Below, one piece after another: positions 8,902 through 17,281 of a DNA stretch of 32,000 nt. The notes under the pieces are model-generated. The model had not been told where the DNA came from. It searched no databases and saw only the letters and a program-made list of their open reading frames with translations. How positions within the stretch are numbered: position 1 is the first letter of the stretch; every line of letters starts with the position of its first letter. The stretch comes from Desulfotalea psychrophila LSv54 (GTDB taxonomy: Bacteria > Desulfobacterota > Desulfobulbia > Desulfobulbales > Desulfocapsaceae), in NCBI RefSeq assembly GCF_000025945.1, contig NC_006138.1, positions 2,700,001-2,732,000 of the forward strand, in the 5' to 3' direction. A program made the translations under genes and the position numbers.

Positions 8902-10908
8902 TTATTTTCCTCCACCACGCAATATTTCTAACATTTTTTTTTGATGCTCTTTTATGTCAGTAAAAATCCATTCCTGCCCCGCTACACGAGTGTTTTGATT
9001 GTCTTGGCATTTCTGCATCATAATCATAAACTTGATTGACGCCACACTGACCTGCTTAATCTTTCCGGAAGTATCTAAGTAATGATCAAGCTTTGTTTTC
9101 GGACTCCAATTTGAACCTGAACTATTCGCCTCGCTACCAATCATAGCGTAGTTACCCAGGCAGTTTATTTGCTCTTTATCCAGCGCACCATTTTCTCCAT
9201 TAGCATTGGCTTGCGGGTAGTAATGCTCTAAACTCCTGCGCGTTCTCGAAAAATAAAACTGTTGGAATACTTTCAGTCCAAAATCACTACATCCAAGTGA
9301 GGTAAAAAAATCAGTTCGGTTTGGATCGTCTTCTTTTATACTTTCGCCGCGAAGCTCATTAGCATATTTCTCCCACAACTTATAGTCAAGATAGTTGAAA
9401 ACGAACAACGGAATACCCTTTGATTTTTCCGTGCCATCTCCATAGATTGCAGTAAAATCAAAATTGTCATTGAGTGGCTTAAAATTGAGTACATTGTTAC
9501 AGAGGACGGTGTTATCGAAGCTACCAGGATTCGGCGTATTAATTTGGTTAAGGTTCTCAGCCATCAAATACACGTCTTTGAAGTATTTGTCCGCCAACTC
9601 CGACACGCAATCATAATACTTGCTAATATCCCTGTCGTCAGAACTGAACAGATACAGCAAGCAATAGAAGAGATAATTTTTCCTTTGTCTTGCCGTAAAT
9701 GACACCTCGAACATCGAAAGCAACTGCACCAATTTATGTTGATGATCGCTTTCGCCGTCACGATTTTTCAGATAACCTTTTTTGCCGTCTTGTTGCCAAT
9801 ACTGCAGCTTCCAAGGGTTGTTCTCAATAGTGTCATCTTCATTTGAATGATGCACGAGATAATTGTCTAGCAGATATTTTGCCCTCAGCAAGTTGAAGCC
9901 GAACTTCTTTACAAATTCCTCCTCAACATGCACGTCATCAAATTCATGGATCAATTCTTTATCGTCGAGGATAAAATTCTTAGGTTTTAAACCGCTCTCT
10001 TCAATACGGGTGAGTTTTAACACAATTAGCAAGAAGTTTGAAAAGTCCATAATCGGCTGAAAGGTATCGATTTTGTACTTTTCTTCCTGCTGTTTATTTC
10101 CGCCCTTGTAATTGATAAAGTCTCTGATTTTCATTGTATTTTCGTTTTCATCCACATTCGGTAAAGCATCAAAACTTGAAACCTTAAAATCACAGAGATG
10201 CTTCCCAAAAATTGAGACTTCAGGATATTTTTGTTGTATGTAGACATTCATCTCGCTGCAAGATTCCCAAAGGCGATTAAACTTTGCCTTGTCCGCGTTA
10301 TTTAGTTTTTCAATAAGGCGTGCTTTAATAATTTCGTGCTTTTCCAGTTGCTCGCCTCTGGAATTCATGACTTCAAAGTAGTGATTTAAGTCTATATCTT
10401 TCGGCACTTGGTAGTGAATCAGGTGAACACTGTCCAGAAAATAGGTTTTGAATCCATCTTGGCATTCTTTCAGAACTATTTCATTAATGGTGTCCTTAGC
10501 ATATTTAAAGCCGTTTACGATTCCATAATCTTTTTCGTCAATCTCAAAACAAGGAATGCTTTGAATGGTGTCGTTCGATTTTTTGCGCGCCCGATACGTC
10601 AGTTTGTTTTGGAGGTAAACTCCCAATGCACCAAGTACGAGATTAATTGTGGTTAGCCTCTGTTGGCCGTCAATCACTTCATAGACTTGGTCTCCTTTGT
10701 GGAAGGACACCAATGTCCCAATAAAATAAGTCTGCTTTGGGGCGGTGGTGTATGCATCGTAGACATCCTGAATCAGCGCGGAAATCTCATCTTTTTCCCA
10801 GGCATAGTTTCTCTGGTAAATCGGCACTTCATAAGTAGCTTTATCGCCATTATAGATTTCGGCGATGGACAGTTCTTTGAGCGGCAGAGTTTTAGTTTTC
10901 ATTTTCAC
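8902..10908 (-). CDS. GmrSD-family type IV restriction-like protein (N-terminal DUF262/ParB-like NTPase plus C-terminal DUF1524 HNH-like nuclease)
   Basis: 668 aa. DUF262 motifs: YEVPIYQRNYAWE, IDGQQRLTT, YFEVMNSRGEQLEKHEIIKA. DUF1524 motifs: SLEHYYPQ ... NCLGNYAMIGSEANSSGSNWSPKTK. The track start is GTG at 10908. An alternative ATG at 10902 follows a GGAAGG RBS. Confidence 0.85.
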   Translation of the reverse strand: MKMKTKTLPLKELSIAEIYNGDKATYEVPIYQRNYAWEKDEISALIQDVYDAYTTAPKQTYFIGTLVSFHKGDQVYEVIDGQQRLTTINLVLGALGVYLQNKLTYRARKKSNDTIQSIPCFEIDEKDYGIVNGFKYAKDTINEIVLKECQDGFKTYFLDSVHLIHYQVPKDIDLNHYFEVMNSRGEQLEKHEIIKARLIEKLNNADKAKFNRLWESCSEMNVYIQQKYPEVSIFGKHLCDFKVSSFDALPNVDENENTMKIRDFINYKGGNKQQEEKYKIDTFQPIMDFSNFLLIVLKLTRIEESGLKPKNFILDDKELIHEFDDVHVEEEFVKKFGFNLLRAKYLLDNYLVHHSNEDDTIENNPWKLQYWQQDGKKGYLKNRDGESDHQHKLVQLLSMFEVSFTARQRKNYLFYCLLYLFSSDDRDISKYYDCVSELADKYFKDVYLMAENLNQINTPNPGSFDNTVLCNNVLNFKPLNDNFDFTAIYGDGTEKSKGIPLFVFNYLDYKLWEKYANELRGESIKEDDPNRTDFFTSLGCSDFGLKVFQQFYFSRTRRSLEHYYPQANANGENGALDKEQINCLGNYAMIGSEANSSGSNWSPKTKLDHYLDTSGKIKQVSVASIKFMIMMQKCQDNQNTRVAGQEWIFTDIKEHQKKMLEILRGGGK

Positions 10909-12352
10909 CTTCCACGAATTTGTTTGTTTTGAAATAGTGGAGATAGCTTTGATAAATGCCGTCCTTATTCTGCTTATCCATATTATCTTTTTTCGCCTTT
11001 ATGCAGCCAATCGGCAACGGATTCACCCTGTCGGAAAGTGTACTTAAAAGCGAAACCGGTGAATCTGCTTCGGTGATAATTTTGTATAGGTTGAAAGAGT
11101 TCTTAACTTTGTTGCCAATAATATAGTTTTGCGCAGACAGCCAACCGACATTATAATACTGTGCCCTAAGCGAATAAGCCCAAACAAAGGCAAAAACCAC
11201 AAATTGGTTTAACATTTCCAAGTCCATTTTTGCAGGTCGTTCGGGACAAAATCTATCAACATAGAGCAAAATAGTGGTGTCGAACAGCAAGCGTGTGATT
11301 CGGTTACCAACACCATTTTTGTATATTCTCAGGTCAAGTGTTTTTATAATGTCGTTATCATTGATAAAATAGCCTTCATACTTGTCGTTGTTCTGAATGT
11401 CTTTAAGAATTTCAAAGTAGTGTTTTGCATAGTCAAAAAACGGCTTGCCCGCGACAATTGGTGTGTCCAACTGAAACGGTTTAAGATTCCGTATGCCCGA
11501 AACAAAAGGCATTGCGGACTGATTGACCGTATCGGCATAAGCAAATGCCCCTTTGTAGAATTGAGCGTAAGGGAAGTTGTCCTGCCGGGTGATGCCCTTG
11601 AATTGATATATATTATGCTCTGTAAGTCCCCAAGCTTTGTTGCCTTTTATCCATTCTTTCACACGATAGAGATAATCGCTGAACAGTGCCGAGAGTTCTT
11701 TTTGATTTAAGTCCTCCCAACCTTTTACAACCTTCTCGGTTTCTGCTACATCCAAATCGTTCATCTCGCGAAGATGATAAGCCTTAAGCAAATCATGGGG
11801 GTAAAGCTTTTTTCCACGAGCATTTTGCGAATCAAAGAACTGGAAGGCGTCGGATATGTTTTCTGTAATGATAACGATAAGTTCGCAATTATTTTTGATG
11901 TAATCCAGCAATTCCTTGCTATCCTTGTCGTCAATGATATTATTTGTACGTCTTTCCAGTGTGCGGAAGTTATTGGCAATATTACGCGTATTATGTGGAT
12001 TATTTGCAAGAGGCTGCTCTAAAAAACTTATTGAATCAGCACCAAGAGCTTTAAGTAGCAACGTAAAGGTTATAGTTCGCTGTTGCCCATCGACAATGTT
12101 ATATATTGATTCTTCCTCTTGATGGAGGATGAGTGTCCCTACTCGGTAGGTTTCTTTATTTTCATTTTTTGCATCAATAATGTCATCCAGTAGTTGAATT
12201 GCATTTTTTGCTGTCCATTTATAAGGCCGCTGATAATTTGGTATCACCAAGTTAATGTCAGTAATGGTATTGCCGTCTTTATCTTGCGTGATTTTATCGT
12301 GCAACAATAAGTCACCGATTTTGGTTATTGCGAGTTTTAAGCAAGTGGACAA
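10892..12352 (-). CDS. DUF262 (GmrS-like, ParB-like NTPase) protein lacking a nuclease domain
   Basis: 486 aa. Motifs: VIPNYQRPYKWT, VDGQQRTITFTLLL, FFDSQNARGKKLYPHDLLKAY. No HNH/DUF1524 motif in the C-terminal half. TTG start after an AGGAGA RBS. Its 3' end overlaps the next gene by 11-17 nt. Confidence 0.8.
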   Translation of the reverse strand: MSTCLKLAITKIGDLLLHDKITQDKDGNTITDINLVIPNYQRPYKWTAKNAIQLLDDIIDAKNENKETYRVGTLILHQEEESIYNIVDGQQRTITFTLLLKALGADSISFLEQPLANNPHNTRNIANNFRTLERRTNNIIDDKDSKELLDYIKNNCELIVIITENISDAFQFFDSQNARGKKLYPHDLLKAYHLREMNDLDVAETEKVVKGWEDLNQKELSALFSDYLYRVKEWIKGNKAWGLTEHNIYQFKGITRQDNFPYAQFYKGAFAYADTVNQSAMPFVSGIRNLKPFQLDTPIVAGKPFFDYAKHYFEILKDIQNNDKYEGYFINDNDIIKTLDLRIYKNGVGNRITRLLFDTTILLYVDRFCPERPAKMDLEMLNQFVVFAFVWAYSLRAQYYNVGWLSAQNYIIGNKVKNSFNLYKIITEADSPVSLLSTLSDRVNPLPIGCIKAKKDNMDKQNKDGIYQSYLHYFKTNKFVEGENEN

Positions 12353-13429
12353 ATTATATTCTCCTATTAGAAATATTATTTACCACCGCCTGAACGGCGG
12401 TATATTTTATTCTCGCGTGTTACTTCTTTCAATATTTCTTCGGCTGCAACTATCATTTCAACGCATTGCGCCAATTGCAGTCAACTATATACATGCCGAA
12501 AAATTTCACACATAACGGTTGGATCATGTTGCCAAATTGTTGCTTAGTAAAACTCTCTCTCTATATGTTGGGTCCCTGATGATTTCCCAGGCATCCGTAG
12601 CAAAAGGTTGTTACGAGCATATACATGGACAGAGGATTGCATACTATCTCCACCTACAAAAACAACCCTAGCAGCCGACATCTGTCCTACACTAATTTCA
12701 TATTAAGGGCAAGTAAGAAGCCTTAGGTGATATGGACAGAGAGTTGAGCACCGGAAAAATTTGCGATAAAGGAGTTTGACCTGTTTGAGCTAGCCATTTA
12801 AACTCCCGCAAATTTTGAGGAGCACAGGGGAGGCGACCGGAGTGGCGGGGCCAAGCACCTTCGTCTCTTTTGAGGAAAAGAGATGATGACTGGATAATGA
12901 CCGAGTAAGTTTTTTTATCCGAACCCTTAAGACGTGTATTGGTTAACTACTTAATTTTAGATAAAAAAATAACAATTCCAAGAGCCCCCTTACTAAACAT
13001 TGATATCTACACAAGCTCTGCAATACCCGTATGAATGGGGGTTGAGGGAAAATATAGAAACTGGTGCAGCCTTGAAAGAGCTCTTGCCCTTGGCAAGGGG
13101 GCTCTGGGGATCATCAGCGGGGCCATGGGGAGAGTTGGTGTAAGCAAAAAAGCCCTGCGTTAAATGATGCTTGGCTTATTTGCCGAGCTTTTTAACAAAC
13201 CCCGGACCCCCCTTACCAAGGGGAGAAGTCTCCACAGTTCATGCAGACTCTCTCATTTTATGATTAAGCGCCAAGAAACATCGGTGAAACTCTTTGATTT
13301 ACTGGCTTCTGGCAAGATGTGTAGATACTAATACTTATCAAAGAGAGGGGTTGCCCCTGCTCATTTCGACCTTTTTCCTGAGGGAGAGGCCCATGAAGAG
13401 ATAAGAGCCAAGGTACTCAAGACGATGAG

Positions 13430-14557
13430 TTAAGAGCTGTTAGAGTTTTTTCGAGCCTGATAGCGGGGAGAATCGCCCCACTCATCCCAGCCAACACTCT
13501 CTCCTATCTGGTCAATACCGCTGACAAGTGCAAGCATGCTCTCATCACAAATCTCATCCTGACCAGGCTTATTTTCATAGAGCTGATAATTTGATTTGCA
13601 CTCAGGCAGGGTGATATTGGGCATAATAACATTTGCCCCGGCCAGAAGTCCCCGTTCACGTCCATCGGGGGCGAGGGCTTGAAGGGCGGTGGTGGCAGCA
13701 ATATTAATATTGGGCAGGAGAATACGGGCAAGGGCTATCATCTTTAGACCTAAATCCATCGATCGCTCAGGATCAGCTATAAAGTCAGGGGCCATCCCCT
13801 GAAGCGGCGCCTCGGCGTGGGGCAGGTAGGGGCCCATCCCGATCATATCCACATCAAGATCACGCAGGGCGAGAAGATCAGTCACCAGATTATCAAGACT
13901 TTGAAAGGGGAGATTAATCATCACCCCACTTCCCACCTGAAATTGGGCCGCACGCAGATCGGAGAGGGCGGTGAAACGACGAGAGTAATGATGGTCCGCC
14001 GGATGCAGGCGAGAATAGAGAGCTGGGGTAAAGCTCTCCATACGGAGCAGATAACGGTGGGCGCCTGCAGCAAACCACCGACGGTAGGTGGCAAGACTTT
14101 GCTCACCCAGGGAGAGGGTGATGCCAAGCCGTCCCTCACTTCGCTCCTTGATCCCAACAATAAGTCTGGTGATCCACTCGGTAAAGGCGGGAGATTGCTG
14201 CTCCCCTGCCTGAATCACCATTGAGCCAAAACGGAGACGAATCGCCTCATCGGCCGCAGAGAACACCTGCTCATCGCTCATCAGATAGCGTTGCACCGAT
14301 CTATTGGAGTGGCGGATGCCACAGTAGTAGCAATCTTTAGCGCAGACATTACTCAGCTCGACCAGACCACGCAGTCGAACACGCTTACCAACATTATCAA
14401 CCTTAATCTCGTAGGCAAGGCGGAAGAGTTGAGCAATATCGGCTCTCGTATCTAAGGAGAGAAGGGTTAAGAGATCACTGCGCTCAAGATTTTCCCTGGC
14501 AATAATCTTTGCAAAAACTCTCTCCCCTTGTTCAGTTCCATATTCCATACTTTTCAC
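13430..14557 (-). CDS. hydE: [FeFe]-hydrogenase maturase HydE (radical SAM)
   Basis: 375 aa. It has the radical-SAM CAKDCYYCGI (CX3CX2C) motif and is biotin-synthase-like. It sits last in the hydA-F-G-E operon. The GTG start overlaps the hydG stop by 1 nt; an ATG at codon 4 is an alternative start. Confidence 0.85.
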   Translation of the reverse strand: MKSMEYGTEQGERVFAKIIARENLERSDLLTLLSLDTRADIAQLFRLAYEIKVDNVGKRVRLRGLVELSNVCAKDCYYCGIRHSNRSVQRYLMSDEQVFSAADEAIRLRFGSMVIQAGEQQSPAFTEWITRLIVGIKERSEGRLGITLSLGEQSLATYRRWFAAGAHRYLLRMESFTPALYSRLHPADHHYSRRFTALSDLRAAQFQVGSGVMINLPFQSLDNLVTDLLALRDLDVDMIGMGPYLPHAEAPLQGMAPDFIADPERSMDLGLKMIALARILLPNINIAATTALQALAPDGRERGLLAGANVIMPNITLPECKSNYQLYENKPGQDEICDESMLALVSGIDQIGESVGWDEWGDSPRYQARKNSNSS

Positions 14558-15993
14558 TAAAAAAAGAGATCCCGAGCGCCGGCATATATTTTCTGCAGAC
14601 GCTGTTCCACTCGCTCCCGCATGGCCTGATCTGCCATCTCAGCAAGCTGCTTTTCCACCAACTCAAGCCCTATTTTTTTAGTTGCAGGCAGGGCATAATC
14701 CTCCAGATACTCCGTAAAGGTAAGCAGAGCATTGGGTTGGCAAAAACGCTTCACAAAACCGGGAACAGCAAACTCCATAAAGTGCTCACCAGTGCGACCA
14801 AGACGGTAACATCCGGTGCAAAATGAAGGGATATAGTTGGCCCGGCAGAGTTCGGCAATCACCTCATCAAGGGTGCGAGTGTCGCCAAGCTCAAATTGCG
14901 ATTTGTCCTCTGCCTCATCCTCGCCTGCATAGGAGCCAATGCCAATACTTGAACCGGCATCCATCTGGGAAACACCAAAACGCATCACCTCATTGCGCAT
15001 CTCAACCGATTCCCGAGCTGTAAGAATAAGCCCGGTATAGGGAACAGCGAGACGAAGTACGGCAACAAGATGCTTAAAATCTGCATCGGAGACCCCGGAA
15101 GGAGGGGCATCGGCAAACGCTGAACCTTGAGCAGGTTCAATCCGGGGAAAGGAGATAGTGTGTGGGCCGACTCCAAAACGCTCTTCAAGATGAATGGTGT
15201 GATGAAGTAAACCCATCACCTCAAAGCGCCAGTCATAAAGTCCCATCAGGGCGCCGATTCCCACATCATCAATCCCCGCCTCCATGGCCCGATCCAGGGC
15301 ATGGAGTCGCCACAAATAGTTTGATTTTGGTCCGGCAAGATGAACAGATTCATAGGTCTCTTGGTGGTAGGTCTCTTGAAAAACCTGATAGGTCCCTATT
15401 CCTGCCTCTTTGACCCTGGCAAATCCTGCTAGATCAAGGGGGGCTGCATTGATATTAATCCGGCGAATCTCCCCCCTACCCTTTTTCACCCGATAGACCT
15501 GCTCTACTGTCTTGGCGATAAACTCAGCATCATATTGAGGATGCTCGCCATAGACCATAATGACTCGCTTATGACCGTGGTCAATGAGGGCTTCCACCTC
15601 ATCCTGCAAACCCTGCTCCGTGAGGGTTGTGCGCTGACAGTTGCTGTTTTCACTACGAAAGCCACAGTAACTGCAGTTATTGATACATCTATTGCCGACA
15701 TAGAGCGGAGCAAAGAGAACAATACGGTTGCCATAAACCGCCTGTTTGAGCTGTTCGGCACCGCGGAAAATATCTTGTAAAAGCTCAGGGTCACGAACAT
15801 TAAGCAGGGTCGCAGTCTCTCGGGGCAAGAGGCGTTCCTTGCCCAGGGATTTTGCAATGATCGCATGAATCATTGCCGCATCGGCATCCACGGTTTCCCG
15901 CAGGTCGCTGGCAATTGCCTCTTCGGGAATAAAGGAGCTCAACCCCGTGGTATCAACCGTGACTGGGCCTAAGAGAGAAGATTGCACCGTCAC
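14557..15993 (-). CDS. hydG: [FeFe]-hydrogenase maturase HydG (radical SAM tyrosine lyase)
   Basis: 478 aa. It has CINNCSYCGF (CX3CX2C) and a C-terminal CTGC-x22-C motif (FCTGCYRLGRTGEHFMEFAVPGFVKRFC). It overlaps hydF by 4 nt. Confidence 0.9.
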   Translation of the reverse strand: MTVQSSLLGPVTVDTTGLSSFIPEEAIASDLRETVDADAAMIHAIIAKSLGKERLLPRETATLLNVRDPELLQDIFRGAEQLKQAVYGNRIVLFAPLYVGNRCINNCSYCGFRSENSNCQRTTLTEQGLQDEVEALIDHGHKRVIMVYGEHPQYDAEFIAKTVEQVYRVKKGRGEIRRININAAPLDLAGFARVKEAGIGTYQVFQETYHQETYESVHLAGPKSNYLWRLHALDRAMEAGIDDVGIGALMGLYDWRFEVMGLLHHTIHLEERFGVGPHTISFPRIEPAQGSAFADAPPSGVSDADFKHLVAVLRLAVPYTGLILTARESVEMRNEVMRFGVSQMDAGSSIGIGSYAGEDEAEDKSQFELGDTRTLDEVIAELCRANYIPSFCTGCYRLGRTGEHFMEFAVPGFVKRFCQPNALLTFTEYLEDYALPATKKIGLELVEKQLAEMADQAMRERVEQRLQKIYAGARDLFF

Positions 15994-17237
15994 ATCCTTT
16001 TATGCGAGTTGATGGTGACAAGCTCAGAAAATGGCGCAGTAACCCGCGGAAGCACCCCTTTCATCAATGAAATTGCCATACCATAATTGGTAATAGGAAT
16101 ACCTAGTTCTCCCGCTTTTTCCAGCCGGGATAGGGTCTCCTGTCGATTAAGCATACAACTGCCACAGTGGATAATAAGTTTATAATCCTCAAGATTCTCT
16201 GGGAAATCTCGCCCTGAGAAAACATCTATTTCCACTTTTTTGCCACTATATTTTCTCAGCCATCTGGGAATCTTTACCCGACCAATATCATCTTCGGTGG
16301 CGTGGTGGGTGCAAGCTTCGGCAATAAGGACTTTATCACCATCAATAAGCTGATCAATAGCCTCGGCCCCGGCCAGCATCTGGGCCATATCACCCTTTAA
16401 GCGCGAGAAGAGAATAGAGAAAGTGGTGCAGGCAAGCTCCTCAGGCGTCTGAGCAACCATCAAATCCACCACCTGGGAATCACAAACCACCAGATCGGGC
16501 AGGCGAGAAAACTCCTGCAAGCAATCAGCATAGCGATCCTCTTTTACCACTGTAATCATCGCCCCATGATCAAGGGCATCGCGGATTGCCTGAACCTGGG
16601 GCAGGATGAGGCGATGCTTGGGCGCTTGCAGATCAATGGGGACAATCATCACCACCCGGGAAAATTGACCAAGCAGATCACCCAAAAGTTTTGGCTCGGT
16701 TATGGGCAGAAGATTGTTCGTCGCAATTGTAGCTGTAAATTCGGTAAGAAAAGCGTCCCGGCCTCCCCGATCAAGGGCATTGCAGGTGAGGAGGTGAAGC
16801 CTGCGAGTTGCCATCTCAGCCCTAAATTGCGGGGAGAGTGGGGAGATATCATAATGGCTGGAAACAACAAGCAGCGGCTTCTTTTTCCCAAGGGCTGTCT
16901 GATAGATAAACTCCTCTATCTCGCCCCACTGATTGGGCTGGATAAGCAGAATCAGCAGATCAACCCGAGCAAAAACAGCACGGGTTTTCTCGGTGCGAAG
17001 ATGGCCAAGGGCACTCTCATCATCAAGGCCTGCTGTATCATGGAGAACTACGGGGCCCAGGGGCAACAGCTCCATACTCTTCTCCACCACATCGGTGGTG
17101 GTGCCGGGCTGGGACGAGGCGATCGCAACATCTTGATCCACCAAAAAATTTAGAAATGTCGATTTGCCCACATTGGTTCGGCCAAAGATACCGAGATGGA
17201 GCCGCATCGATTTTGGTACTGTTTGCATAAAAACCAC
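15990..17237 (-). CDS. hydF: [FeFe]-hydrogenase maturation GTPase HydF
   Basis: 415 aa. P-loop GRTNVGKST, G3 motif DTAG, and C-terminal cluster ligands CTHH ... HCGSC. The start is ambiguous: GTG at 17237 or ATG at 17228. Confidence 0.9.
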   Translation of the reverse strand: MVFMQTVPKSMRLHLGIFGRTNVGKSTFLNFLVDQDVAIASSQPGTTTDVVEKSMELLPLGPVVLHDTAGLDDESALGHLRTEKTRAVFARVDLLILLIQPNQWGEIEEFIYQTALGKKKPLLVVSSHYDISPLSPQFRAEMATRRLHLLTCNALDRGGRDAFLTEFTATIATNNLLPITEPKLLGDLLGQFSRVVMIVPIDLQAPKHRLILPQVQAIRDALDHGAMITVVKEDRYADCLQEFSRLPDLVVCDSQVVDLMVAQTPEELACTTFSILFSRLKGDMAQMLAGAEAIDQLIDGDKVLIAEACTHHATEDDIGRVKIPRWLRKYSGKKVEIDVFSGRDFPENLEDYKLIIHCGSCMLNRQETLSRLEKAGELGIPITNYGMAISLMKGVLPRVTAPFSELVTINSHKRM

Positions 17238-17281
17238 AAAAGAAGAGTACTCCGCCAGAGCGAACTCTGGCGGAGAGAAGA

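Noticed and set aside
12376-12456. 26-aa minus-strand ORF ending ...RRSGGGK-stop just upstream of the DUF262 gene. It echoes the ...EILRGGGK-stop C-terminus of the 668-aa GmrSD-like protein, and both share AGAAATATTG at the DNA level. I considered it a possible remnant of a third paralogue.
   Set aside because: The shared segments are too short to distinguish from chance, and the open frame extends only about 33 codons. It would need a proper alignment against GmrSD homologues.
12561-12578. Near-identical 18-19-mer (CTAT..TGTTGGGTCCCTG, 13-nt exact core) at 12561-12578 and 19911-19929. Each copy lies at the inner edge of an AT-rich island, so together they bracket the hyd operon. I considered them att-like direct repeats.
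   Set aside because: By rough expectation, a 32-kb window should contain tens of chance 12-13-mer matches. The similarity does not extend beyond the core on either side, and no recombinase is present. It is worth a computational repeat scan but is not supportable by eye.
16566-17153. Long ORFs antisense to or overlapping hydE/G/F, hydA, fumC and the kinase (e.g. 16566-17153 +, 13817-14224 +, 27943-28341 -, 31140-31583 -)
   Set aside because: Each is embedded in a gene with unambiguous family motifs on the other strand or frame. Such shadow ORFs are typical of GC-rich coding DNA.
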